DNA of 64,000 bases from Alphaproteobacteria bacterium (GCA_964291215.2 OZ219791.1:1504001-1568000); one strand, 5' to 3'; shown: positions 11,003-21,203, counted from the stretch's first letter. The notes: a model not told the origin generated them from the sequence alone. Numbers and translations are program-made.

Positions 11003-12529
11003 GTGTGCCAGGCAAACTGGTGGAATGTGGCCGGGTGCAAGTCCCGAGAGAGGCTAATTTCTCCGTGAACCATGCGTCGTGAGGCGAAGCGTTGGGGAGC
11101 GGCAGGCCAGGCTATTGAGCCACGAGATGCTTTGAAACCGGAGTGCCGAGGTCGTGGCCGAAGGCAACGAGCCGCGTTGGTGAGGGGGGCTCCGCGGGGT
11201 CCGAGAACCATGGCCGAAGCAGGGACCTGGGGGGTCTTGCCCCTCTGTCGTGGAGGGGCCGCAGAGGAAATTCCGTAAGCCGATGATGAACGAGAAGTCA
11301 GATTCGGCCATAGTACCGCTGAAGGCGGCGAACAAGGGCTCTCCGGAGCCTGCGGAGTTGCTGGAGGGAAGGGCAATGCGGTTGGCCCGCGCCGCGCGCA
11401 GAAGCGGGGGTCACAGGCGGCTGAACGCAGGTAGCGAAGAGGAACCCGGAAGAGCGTCTTTACTCCACCACGTGACGGTCGACGTTCTGCACGATGCGTT
11501 CCATTCCTTGAGGAAGGACGCGGCGGCGGGGCGTTGTGTGGCAAGCGTACGCGGAGGGTGTGGAACTGCTGCACGCCCGTGTGCACAGGGGTGCGTACCG
11601 GGCGCCTCCAGGGTTTACATACCCAAGGAGGATGGAGGGCAACGACCGCTTGCCTCGGACAAGATTCTTCAGCGGGCGGTGTGATTCTGGTGCCGCGAGA
11701 CGGAGTTCCTCGGGTTTAGTTACGGCTTCCGGCCGGGGCGCATCATGCGCCGTCACGGTGGAACGGCGGAAGGTCAACTGGATCGTTGACGCCCCTTCGA
11801 CAACCGCGACCATCTGGTCGCGATGCTCGGGAAACGGATCGGGGGGTCTGATCATCAAGTGACGCCGGCGTCATGGAAGGGACCGACCGGCAAGGGAACA
11901 CCGCAAGGGGCGGCGCCTTGCGAACCTGCACTACGTACGACTGGTTCCAGAACCACTGGCGCAAGCGGATGGCTGGAGGCGACACGATCACTGTCCGCTA
12001 TGCGGACGACTTCGTGTGCGGCTTTCAGCATCTGGGCGACGCGCGGCGCTGAGACCTTGGGGAGAGACTGGCCCACTTGAACTGCACCCGGAAAATCATC
12101 GAGTTCGGTCGGTTTGCCAGAGCGAACCGCCGGAAGCGTGGGCAAGACGTTCGACTTCCTCGGCATGACGCACTTCTGCGAACAGACGAGGAAAGGCAGG
12201 TTCAGGGTCGGTCGCAAACGGGCACCCTGCGGCGGATCAAGGAGGCCTTGCGCAGGCGGTGGCACGATAACCGGCACGAAACGGCCAAGTGGTGAGTTAT
12301 CAACGGCTGCTACTACGCCGTTCCAGGAAGCAGCCTGCAGAAGTTCATACACCAATGCAAACAGCTGCGTGCCCTTCGGCGACGCTCCCAAAAGGACTTC
12401 ACCGGGGACATAGACACCCTCACCGCTGCCCACTGAGCCCGTGGCCAAACCAGCGCCTTGTCGTCAGGGGAGGAGCGAACAGCGCACGTCCGGTTCTGTG
12501 CGGGGGGTAACCCGGTTCCCTACCGCGAT
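11003..12529 (+). mobile_element. group II intron, copy 1 (1527 bp), degenerate RT/maturase ORF, no endonuclease domain seen
   Basis: 5' GTGTG, 3' ...GCACGTCCGGTTCTGTGCGGGGGG...CCCTACCGCGAT; RT fragments LLHHVTVD, VYIPKEDG.QRPL, FSYGFRPGR, GTPQG, RYADDF, TFDFLG spread over frames. Confidence 0.93.
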
Positions 12530-13963
12530 GTGTGCCAGGCAAACTGGTGGAATGTGGCCGGGTGCAAGTCCCGAGAGAGGCTAATTTCTCCGTGAACCAT
12601 GCGTCGTGAGGCGAAGCGTTGGGGAGCGACAGGCTAGGCTATTGAGCCACGAGATGCTTTGAAACCGGAGTGCCGAGGTCGTGGCCGAAGGCAACGAGCC
12701 GCGTTGGTGAGGGGGGCTCCGCGGGGTCCGAGAACCATGGCCGAAGCAGGGACCTGGGAGGTCTTGCCCCTCTGTCGTGGAGGGGCCGCAGAGGAAATTC
12801 CGTAAGCCGATGATGAACGAGAAGTCAGATTCGGCCATAGTACCGCTGAAGGCGGCGAACAAGGGCTCTGCGGAGTTGCTGGAGGGAAGGGCAATGCGGT
12901 TGGCCCGCGCCGCGCGCAGAAGCGGGGGTCACAGGCGGCAGGTAGCGAAGAGGAACCCGGAAGAGCGTCTTTACTCCACCACGTGATGTTCTGCGTTCCA
13001 TTCCTTGAGGAAGGATGCGGCGGCGGGGCGTTGTGTGGCAAACGTACGGGGTGGAACTGCCTGCACGCCCGTGTGCACAGGGGCGGGCGCCTCCAGGGTC
13101 TACATTCCCAAGGAGGGGCAACTTGCCTCGGACAAGATTCTTCAGCGGGCGGTGTGATTCTGGTGCCGCGAAACGGAGTTCCTCGGTTCCGGCCGGGGCG
13201 CATCATGCGCCGTCACGGTGGAACGGCGGAAGGTCAACTGGATCGTTGACGCCCCTTCGACAACCGCGACCATCTGGTTGCGATGCTCGGGAAACGGATC
13301 GGGGGGTCTGATCATCAAGTGACGCCGGCGTCATGGAAGGGACCGACTGGCAAGGGAACACCGCAAGGGGCGGCGCCTTGCGAACCTGCACTACGTGCGA
13401 CTGGTTCCAGAACCACTGGCGCAAGCGGGACACGATCATTATGCGGACGACTTCGTGTGCGGCTTTCAGCATCTGGGCGACGCTGGGACCTTGGGGAGAG
13501 ACTGGCCCACTTGAACTGCACCCGGAAAATCATCGAGTTCGGTCGGTTTGCCAGAGCGAACCGCCGGAAGCGTGGACAAGACGTTCGACTTCCTCGGCAT
13601 GACGCACTTCTGCGAACAGACGAGGAAAGGCAGGTTCAGGGTCGGTCGCAAACGGGCACCCTGCGGCGGATCAAGGAGGCCTTGCGCAAGCGGTGGCACG
13701 ATAACCGGCACGAAACGGCCAAGTGGTGAGTTATCAACGGCTGCTACTACGCCGTTCCAGGAAGCAGCCTGCAGAAGTTCATACACCAATGCAAACAGCT
13801 GCGTGCCCTTCGGCGACGCTCCCAAAAGGACTTCACCGGGGACACAGACACCCTCACCGCTGCCCACTGAGCCCGTGGCCAAACCAGCGCCTTGTCGTCA
13901 GGGGAGGAGCGAACAGCGCACGTCCGGTTCTGTGCGGGGGGTAACCCGGTTCCCTACCGCGAT
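12530..13963 (+). mobile_element. group II intron, copy 2 (1434 bp), further eroded
   Basis: Begins at the base immediately after copy 1; same ends; 93 bp shorter net (12 small deletions, one 1-bp gain). Confidence 0.93.
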
Positions 13964-15289
13964 GGTTGTCTATGAAGCGCAGGTTTTCGTGTTTCACGAG
14001 ACGTTCGTGCAGGTTGTGCGCGTCGGACTTGCGTCCACGTTTTCCTTTCGGCGGCGGCGGGATGTCGGGCAGTTCCTTGGCGCCCTGATGGTGCGGTAGC
14101 GCTTGTGCACGGCCCGGCGTCGTTCAGGGTCTTGGATGCGCTCTTGTTGACCTTGTGGCAGGGAGCAGGCTCTTCATCAGTCGCGCGGTAGCCTCGACGA
14201 CGAAGGTCAGTTCGCGCAGCAGGTGGCTGCCGCTGGTGGCTACACTGCCATGTACGAGGCCCAGGACGCCCTTGTAGCACGGGCCGATCTCTTGCTTGCG
14301 GTGCGGGAACTTGCACGTCCCGACGACATGAAGCCACTTGCTGTTGATCCGAAATCGTCGACATCGGGCGTTGCAGGAGGTGCGCCACGGCAGCCTCCTC
14401 CCATGACGCATCGTGAAAGCATAGCCGAGGCTTCGGAGAGCTTGATGCCGGAGATCGCCTGCACGAGCGCGACAGCACGGCGCAGGGACAGCATCTGGGC
14501 GACCAGCAGGTTGATGACGAGGGCCTAGATGCCGATGCCGTACTGCACGGGATGTTGTCGGGGAACCGGCCCTTGCACTTCGGGCATTCCTTGATCTCGA
14601 CGCGGCGCTCGACGACCTCGAACACGATGTCGTGCGGCGCTCCCGATCGACGGGGCCGTCGATGTCGGCGCCGCAGGCGTCGCAGGCCGCGACCGTCTCC
14701 TCGACGATGGCAGGTTGTCGCCCATCTGCTGGTTCGGCTTTGGGCCCTTGCTCCCGGCACGCTCTCGTCCGTCTGTGACGGCGGCAGACCGGAGTTCCGG
14801 CTCGTGCGTGGTCTTCTCCAGAAGGACGACGATGATGATGTCGAGCAGGATGACGAGGACGCGGATGACGGCCTCTTTCGGCACCTTGCCGGCAGCGCCG
14901 CGGTCTTGGCCGCTTCGAACTCCTCGCGCGCCGCCCGTCGCCATCACCCGGCCTTGCGCTTCATCAGCGCGCCGCTTCCGAGATGCGTTTTCACATACAG
15001 ATCATGCGGGGGCCGGAGCCCCGGAAGCAGCTGGCACAGCCCGCTCGTCGCCTTCGATCCAAAGTAGCCCACTGGCGGTCCCCGTCGTTCTCGATGACCA
15101 CCACTAAACGAATCGGCCTGCAGTGTCAAATCTCCACGAAAACCCGTTCGTTACTCTACCCCGACATCAAGCCGGAACCAGGGGGTGAGCAGTTACGTGC
15201 CGAGAAGGCCCCATCGAGCCTTGGCGACACGATTGCAGCGCGACGCAAACTGAGAAAATCTCACTAGTCGTCGCCGGATTAGAAGCGTG

Positions 15290-15900
15290 GGATCGCCGTG
15301 GGTCAAGATTTTCCCCGGCATGCCGGTGCACTTCCCCGAGCTGCGCGGCCACGTGATCGGCGCCATCGCCGTAGAGCCTGACGACAACAGCGACGGCGAC
15401 TATGAGATCGCCGACTTCTCCAACCGTTGCGGTATCGCGGCCCGGTGGTGCATCGTGCCGCCCGGGGATGCCGGTCATGGCGGCCTATTTCGGCCCTCCC
15501 TGCGGCTCCAACCCCAATTGCCGCACTGTTTCCGGCAGCGCCCCCGGTACATGAGGCGTTGCCGCCTATGTCAGGAATACCTCCGCTGCCGCGCCGTTCG
15601 TGACCGGTGGGCTCATCGTGATGAAGCATGTCTTCCGCGGCCAGATGACCAATACGGAACTGGTCTCCCGGCTGATGGCGACGGCCAACAAGCAGGGCAT
15701 CTACGCCGACAGCAGAATCTACGGCGAGGGACTGATGGACTTGGGCGCTGCGACGGCGCCGTTCTGGTTCTCCCTGGGCGGCTTCGCCGCCGAAGGGGCC
15801 GGCCCCGGCCTCGCTGCACGCCTTCATGGCGCCGCAACGGACCGGCCGGGCGACCGGCTCCTGCATCCTGCGATGCACCGAACGAGCCATCCTGCCCGGC
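15290..15900 (+). pseudogene. S8 family serine peptidase pseudogene
   Basis: PELRGHVI, IADFSNRCGIAARWCI.PPG, catalytic-Ser region TSAAAPFVTGG, ELVSRLMATA, YGEGLMDLGAATAP in different frames. Confidence 0.8.
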
Positions 15901-15938
15901 TGCCGACCTCGGAATGAATGGACGCAAGCAGCTCCGCC

Positions 15939-17063
15939 TCAATAACGCTCGACGATATGTAGCCCGCGGAGCCGGTCGATGACATAGATCAGCCCGCGAT
16001 CGTCGATCGTAACGTCATTGCTGCACAGGCGATCGCAGCCCGGCTGCGGATCGGGTTCGAAATGCCCGACCTCGATCGGCGCATGGGGATCGGCAATGTC
16101 GACTAGCCTCAAGCCTTTCGCGAACCAGGCAAAGGGGATGACCGTGTCGGTCACAATCTCGCAAGGTTGATGACAACCGGTGTAGGGAGGCTGCGGGCTG
16201 CCATCCGGGTCGAGACCAGCAACCTGGAAGCTGGAAACCGGAATCGGGTTGGTCTCGTCGGTGATGTCGACAACCCAAGCGAATGACGGCGCGTGAGGGC
16301 GCAGCTTGGCGACATCTTCGTCGGCAACAACAAGGACGCGATGCCCCCGGATCTCGAACGGAATCGGCAGCGCGGTATGGGTCGGATGCGGGAATGTCGG
16401 ACCGGAGTTGAGGCCCGAAATCATGCGCGGATTGGCAAGATCCTCGATGTCGAGGATGAAGAATCCGTGATGCCAGTAGCTCACATAGAGCCGATCCCCC
16501 ATCCGCAACGGATGATGGCATCGCGGCTCGGGACCGTCATCCCACACATATTCCTCACCGCCGGCTTCCCACTGTCCGAGAATCCACCATCTGCAGACTT
16601 CCTCGGGTTTCTCGGGATTGTCGAGATCGAGCACCAGCATGATCGGGCCCCGGTACCCCTCGACAGTCGAAGAGAAATACATGTACCGGCCATCGAAATC
16701 AAAGCGGTGGACGCCACGGCCGACGGTGTCCCAGGTCGCGACAAGCTCCGGTTTCTCCCTGTCCGACACGTCATAGATTCCGACACCCGTGGCAAAGTCG
16801 TCGGGTTTGCCGGGGCCGATGAGTTCATGGTTCCGCACCATGACATCGCCGCGAGCATGAACCTTGTGGGAATGGGTTCCGGGCGGCATCCCGACATGGG
16901 ACAGTAGCCGGGGGCTTTTCGGATCCGAGACGTCGACGATGCTGGTGCCGAACGGATTGGCCATGTGCCCGATATAGGCGGTGGTTCCGTCGACCCGAAT
17001 CTGACCCCCGCCCGCGCAGTCGAAATAGCCGACCTCGCGCAAACCTTCGCTGCTTGCCATCAC
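15939..17063 (-). CDS. LVIVD-repeat beta-propeller protein
   Basis: Repeated G(T/L).IVDVSDP..P motifs; His-rich HSHK, HHP, HPTHT segments. Confidence 0.8.
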   Translation of the reverse strand: MMASSEGLREVGYFDCAGGGQIRVDGTTAYIGHMANPFGTSIVDVSDPKSPRLLSHVGMPPGTHSHKVHARGDVMVRNHELIGPGKPDDFATGVGIYDVSDREKPELVATWDTVGRGVHRFDFDGRYMYFSSTVEGYRGPIMLVLDLDNPEKPEEVCRWWILGQWEAGGEEYVWDDGPEPRCHHPLRMGDRLYVSYWHHGFFILDIEDLANPRMISGLNSGPTFPHPTHTALPIPFEIRGHRVLVVADEDVAKLRPHAPSFAWVVDITDETNPIPVSSFQVAGLDPDGSPQPPYTGCHQPCEIVTDTVIPFAWFAKGLRLVDIADPHAPIEVGHFEPDPQPGCDRLCSNDVTIDDRGLIYVIDRLRGLHIVERY

Positions 17064-17252
17064 GAACCCTCCCGACCACGCTGGGCGGCATCCAGCCGAA
17101 AACCGCCGAATGTCGTTGCCCGAAGGGTAGCGTAGTCACTGCGGGATTGCGACAGACCGCACCCACCCGTGCGCGAATACCCGGACCGGCTATCGCTGGC
17201 CTGACCATCCTGCGATGATGCGTTCCAGTACCTTGCCGCGGAGGATCGGACA

Positions 17253-18095
17253 TTGCCCGAAACGCAACCCTTTCCGGAAATCCCTTTCGCGGAAGCGACC
17301 GGAGATATCAGGCTGATCTACGACGCGATCTCGGAATCGCTGGGTGTCGGACTCGTCAATCTAGTCTATCGGCATCTCGCCACGAAGCAGGGTTGTCTCG
17401 AATGGACCTGGTCGCTTCTCGGCCCGAGCCTGCAGGACGGTACTCTCGCCCGGTGCGGCGAGCGCCTCGTCGCCTTGGTCGGAGAAAATGCCGGTGCCGC
17501 GCACGCCGGTCCGGCAATTTCGCTGGCGAACTTCGGACTCGACGACAGAGACGCCGCAAGCGTCCTGTGCACCATCGACGCCTACAACCGCGCCAATCCG
17601 GTAAACGCCGTCGCATTCCAGTTGCTTCACATGGCCGTCAAGGGCGATGTCGCTGCTCCCCGATACGTAGCGCCACCCCGGGGGCGGGCGAACCTCGATG
17701 CGCTGCTTCCGATGGCGGCGTTCGACGGGCTCCCGGCCGCAACGCATGACCTTCTGCACCGGCTCGCTGCGCAGACGGTGGGAACGGATGCGCCAATGAT
17801 TCCGTCGCTGTTTCGCCATTTCACGGACTGGCCGAACCTCCTGAAGGCATTTTCGGAGATTCTCCGGGCCCTCGGCGACAGTGCGGAACGAGAGGCGCTG
17901 GTCGCACGAGTGATGGCAGCAGCAAAGGAACAGGCCGGCGCGGTCCTCCACGACCTGCCGGATCCCGGCGATGGCGCGGTACGCCTTGCACCGCCGCTGC
18001 GGACGGCGGTTGCGGAGACCGCGACGAACTTCGTTCCGGCCATCTGCAACATGATCGTGATCGGAGCGATGCTCCGGCCAAATCTGGAGCGGTGA
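17253..18095 (+). CDS. hypothetical protein, possibly AhpD-like/DehI-like fold
   Basis: EATGDIRLIYDAI...VNLVYRHLA and second-half PSLFRHFTDWP internal duplication. Confidence 0.55.
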   Translation: MPETQPFPEIPFAEATGDIRLIYDAISESLGVGLVNLVYRHLATKQGCLEWTWSLLGPSLQDGTLARCGERLVALVGENAGAAHAGPAISLANFGLDDRDAASVLCTIDAYNRANPVNAVAFQLLHMAVKGDVAAPRYVAPPRGRANLDALLPMAAFDGLPAATHDLLHRLAAQTVGTDAPMIPSLFRHFTDWPNLLKAFSEILRALGDSAEREALVARVMAAAKEQAGAVLHDLPDPGDGAVRLAPPLRTAVAETATNFVPAICNMIVIGAMLRPNLER

Positions 18096-18221
18096 GAATA
18101 TGAAGCCCGACGGACCGTTCCAAGGCGAAGCCCGCTCGAACGCGCCGGGCGATCACGGTGCCGGTGCTGGAAGCGCAGGTAGATGTCAGCCATTCAGGAA
18201 GAAAGCAACGGTGGAATCCTG

Positions 18222-19137
18222 TCACGCCGCTTCGATATCGGTGAGGGCGAAGTCGTTGCCCTTGAACAGCAACGGTTCGCCTGTTGTGTACGCAAGCGCG
18301 TAGGCGAAACAGTCTCCGAAATTCAGTGCCGCAGGATGATTGCCCTTGCCGAAGCGCCGTCAGGTGCGCCGGGCCGCCTCGATATGTGCGACTGCAAGGG
18401 TGCAGTTCTCGTATGGCGCATCCAAGTCATTGATTTAACACGGTTGTGCGGTCGAGAGGCAGCGGCGAAAACGGGTTTTCGTGACAATCGCCCGTTTCAG
18501 GACAGGATTTTGTCACGACCCCCGCGGCATCGACAGGGTGATCCGGGCGCTGCGCCACCTTCGCGACACTGCGGCGCCAACGGGCCGACATCGACAGGGA
18601 ACTGTCCTTACTTCCGCAAGCATCGCCACCGCTACCACGCGCTGAAGCAACCGGCTCGGGAATTGTCGAGGCGGCAAACAAGACCCTCGTCACACAGCGC
18701 ATGAAACGCTCCGGCATGCGCTGGCGTATCGTCGGCGGACAATCACCTTCCGCGCCCTGCTCGAAGCCGGCCGCTTCGAGAGCGCGTGGACGGCCATGAT
18801 CGGTGCAGACGGCGCACCAGCCAACGACAACATCAGCCCAAATCACACCCCGGCACTGGCCGCATGAGATGAACAAATGGTACTGAGCCTGCAACTGTGC
18901 CATACGAAACTCTCACCCGACCGTAACCGGCATCGACTCGATCTCAGCCGCTGCCAGAAGCGCGTCGAGCTCGTGCCCAGCCGCCGCCCCGCCTCGGCTT
19001 TCCACGACGATGAACGCTTCCAAGACACTGGCAATCGACATGCGACAGGGTGTTGTCGCCATGATGGCTCCGGCATAGCGTTTCGCGTCCGCCTCGCTGA
19101 ACAGAATCGCCAGCACTGCCGAGGTGTCGACGATCGC
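18222..19137 (-). pseudogene. vapC: VapC (PIN) toxin pseudogene interrupted by MITE
   Basis: IVDTSAVLAILFSE...MPVTV | MITE | [32 protein letters not shown]...LLFKGNDF; start position reads GCG; in-frame TGA at 18360-18362. Confidence 0.9.
18398..18918 (+). mobile_element. ISKra4-type MITE-like element, copy 2 (521 bp)
   Basis: Near-identical to 9311-9839; flanks GACTGCAA / GACCGTAA are a TSD with 2 transitions; splits vapC. Confidence 0.88.
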
Positions 19138-19387
19138 TTCGGCAATCCCCGCTCATCGTAGAGCAGATCACCATGCTCCGCCGCAGCCGGGCCCCGGCAA
19201 CCTGGCGCACCGCCGTCCAATGGTGAGCAGCTCTTCCGTACGCACATCGGTATCACGTCGGCGCTTTTCGCGCTCAAGGCGCTCGCGAAGCGCAACGGTG
19301 ATCGGCGCCGGTCATGGTCTCGTCCGTCAACTGCGCCAGATCACGGGCCAGCATGCAGGTTTCATCATCCTTGATGTTGAGGCCCAT
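19133..19387 (-). pseudogene. vapB: VapB antitoxin pseudogene (Rv0623-like)
   Basis: MGLNIKDDET..LAR.LA.LT.ETMTG, frameshift, ITVALRERLERE...HGDLLYDERGLPK; GGAGG RBS; directly upstream of vapC. Confidence 0.85.
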
Positions 19388-19913
19388 CTTCTCAGCCTCC
19401 AAGGTACATGCCAGATGACGAAATCTACCATAGGCAGCGCCCTCGCCGCACGCAAGTCCAGTGGGCGGAGAGCAGCGGCGTTGCTCCGCCCGCCCTTCGG
19501 CGGAGCCCGGCGTGCGCGCCGATTCCTCCAGTTTTCTGACCATCACGGTCGATCGCAGCTTTCAGGCTTCGTTGAACACGCCCGAATTCGGCGTTAACGT
19601 CCTCTTCTCCTGAAGGCCCCGCTCCGCTGGTTGCTCCGGCTCCCAATGGCGCGGGAGTTTCCGATTGCGGTGACGGGCGCCGGGACCTCTCGTCGCGCAA
19701 CGGACGGTGCGCATCTTCCGTTGGCGCACCAGTGTTCCGGAGACCCCGGAACGGCGCGGCATCCGGCTGTCGAAGCGAAGGGATCCTTGCGAATTCAGTT
19801 TTGGGAAGCAGACGGCAGGTATCGGCAGACGCAGGGTCCGAAAGCGCGGCAGTGCGCAGCCTGCAGGCCCGAGAGCCCGCTAATCAAGGCGCGGTGAGGC
19901 GGAGACTGACACA

Positions 19914-21014
19914 ATGACGGGACGTGTGGACTGTGTCGTGATCGGAGCCGGCATTGTCGGGCTCGCGCTTGCGCGAGCCGTCGCGATGGCCGGACGCGAG
20001 GTCATCATCGTCGAACAAGCCGACACGATCGGATCGGAAACGAGCTCGCGGCACAGCGAGGTCATCCATGCCGGCATCTACTACCCCCCCGGCAGCCGCA
20101 AGGCCGAGTTCTGCGTGGCCGGCAAGCATGCGCTATACGAGTTCTGCGAAAGCCATGGTGTTCCCTACAAGCGCTGCGGGAAGATCATCGTGGCCACGAG
20201 CGAAGACCAGCAAGCAGACCTTGAGCGCCTCCACAACAACGCGACAGAATGCGGGGTGCGCGACCTCGAATGGATGACTCCCGAAGATGTCGCCAGGATG
20301 GAGCCCGAGGTCCATTGCGTGCGCGCCCTGTGGTCGCCGTCGACCGGGATCGTCGACAGCCACGCCCTGATGCTGGCCCTGCAGGGCGACGCCGAGGAGG
20401 CCGGCGCAATGCTTGCCCTGCTCACCCCGGCCACCGGCGGACAGGTCATGAATGACGGGATCCGTCTCGACTGCGGCGGCGATGCCGCCATGTCGGTGGT
20501 CGCGGACATCGTGATCAACAGTGCCGGCTTGCATGCCCAGAAGGTGGCGCAATCGATATCTGGGGTGCCGGCCGAAACCATACCGCCGATCCACTATTGC
20601 AAGGGCAACTACTACACGCTGTCGAGTTCCCCGCCGTTTTTGCGGCCGATCTATCCGGTGCCCGAGCGGGCCGGGCTCGGGGTCCATGTCACCGTGGATC
20701 TCGCAGGCCAGGTGCGGTTCGGCCCCGATACGGAATGGATCGACGAAATTGATTACGATGTCGACCCGGTGCGGGCGGACAGCTTCTATGAGGCGGTGCG
20801 AAAATACTATCCCGCGCTCGCCGACGGAGCCATAGCGCCGGGTTACGCGGGTATCCGGCCGAAACTGCAGGCGCCCGGCGAGGGCGCCCGCGATTTCGTC
20901 ATCCAGGGCCCCGACGATCACGGCGTATCGGGACTGATAAACCTATACGGCATCGAATCTCCGGGCATGACCGCGGCGCTGGCGATTGCCGACCATGTTG
21001 CCGGCACCTTCTGA
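19914..21014 (+). CDS. L-2-hydroxyglutarate oxidase/dehydrogenase family FAD-dependent oxidoreductase
   Basis: [46 protein letters not shown]. Confidence 0.88.
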   Translation: MTGRVDCVVIGAGIVGLALARAVAMAGREVIIVEQADTIGSETSSRHSEVIHAGIYYPPGSRKAEFCVAGKHALYEFCESHGVPYKRCGKIIVATSEDQQADLERLHNNATECGVRDLEWMTPEDVARMEPEVHCVRALWSPSTGIVDSHALMLALQGDAEEAGAMLALLTPATGGQVMNDGIRLDCGGDAAMSVVADIVINSAGLHAQKVAQSISGVPAETIPPIHYCKGNYYTLSSSPPFLRPIYPVPERAGLGVHVTVDLAGQVRFGPDTEWIDEIDYDVDPVRADSFYEAVRKYYPALADGAIAPGYAGIRPKLQAPGEGARDFVIQGPDDHGVSGLINLYGIESPGMTAALAIADHVAGTF

Positions 21015-21109
21015 CTGGCAGGCCGCTTCGTCCCGTCGGACGGTTTTTTCCGAATGGCCGAAAAAATTCTCTCCTCCACTTGAATTCCCCGTGGTCCGCA
21101 TTAAATAGC

Positions 21110-21203
21110 GGGGTGTCCGGAGCCTGAACGGGCCGGACAGACCCAAGGGTTGGCCATAGTGGCAACCCGATGACATGTTGCTCAAATGGAGGATATGGAA
21201 ATG
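21110..21203 (+). promoter_or_regulatory. ROSE-type RNA thermometer in the ibpA 5' UTR
   Basis: Two upstream hairpins (TGTCCGG/CCGGACA; GGGTTG/CAACCC); final hairpin CATGTT-G-CTC pairs with GAGGATATG, placing the U(U/C)GCU motif and bulged G opposite the SD; CTTGAA (RpoH -35-like) at 21079. Confidence 0.75.

Larger units (their letters stand above)
10770..15196 (-). mobile_element. IS66 family element (single-ORF type), degraded, interrupted by tandem group II introns
   Basis: TIRs GTATCTACTCACCCCTAG / GTAACTGCTCACCCCCTGG; 8-bp TSD GTGCCGAG (10762-10769, 15197-15204); transposase fragments NSGLPPSQ, EIKECPKC, QMLSLRR, LRFIDNPDVSFTNNAGEQKIRMAK. Confidence 0.92.
10350..15282. mobile_element. 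160-bp MITE-like repeat, copy B, split by two nested insertions
   Basis: Removing the 332-bp element, the IS66 and their TSDs restores 160 bp matching copy A, with ends CTAATTCGGAGACG / CGTCGCCGGATTAG. Confidence 0.65.

Noticed and set aside
11003-13963. RT plus duplicated region as a DGR or retron
   Set aside because: Group II intron boundaries and domain V/VI remnants are present; differences between copies are deletions and mixed substitutions, not adenine-specific; no msr/msd or accessory gene.
19390-19910. Possible sRNA or small gene in the long intergenic region
   Set aside because: GC-rich hairpins only; no coding bias, RBS or recognisable RNA family.
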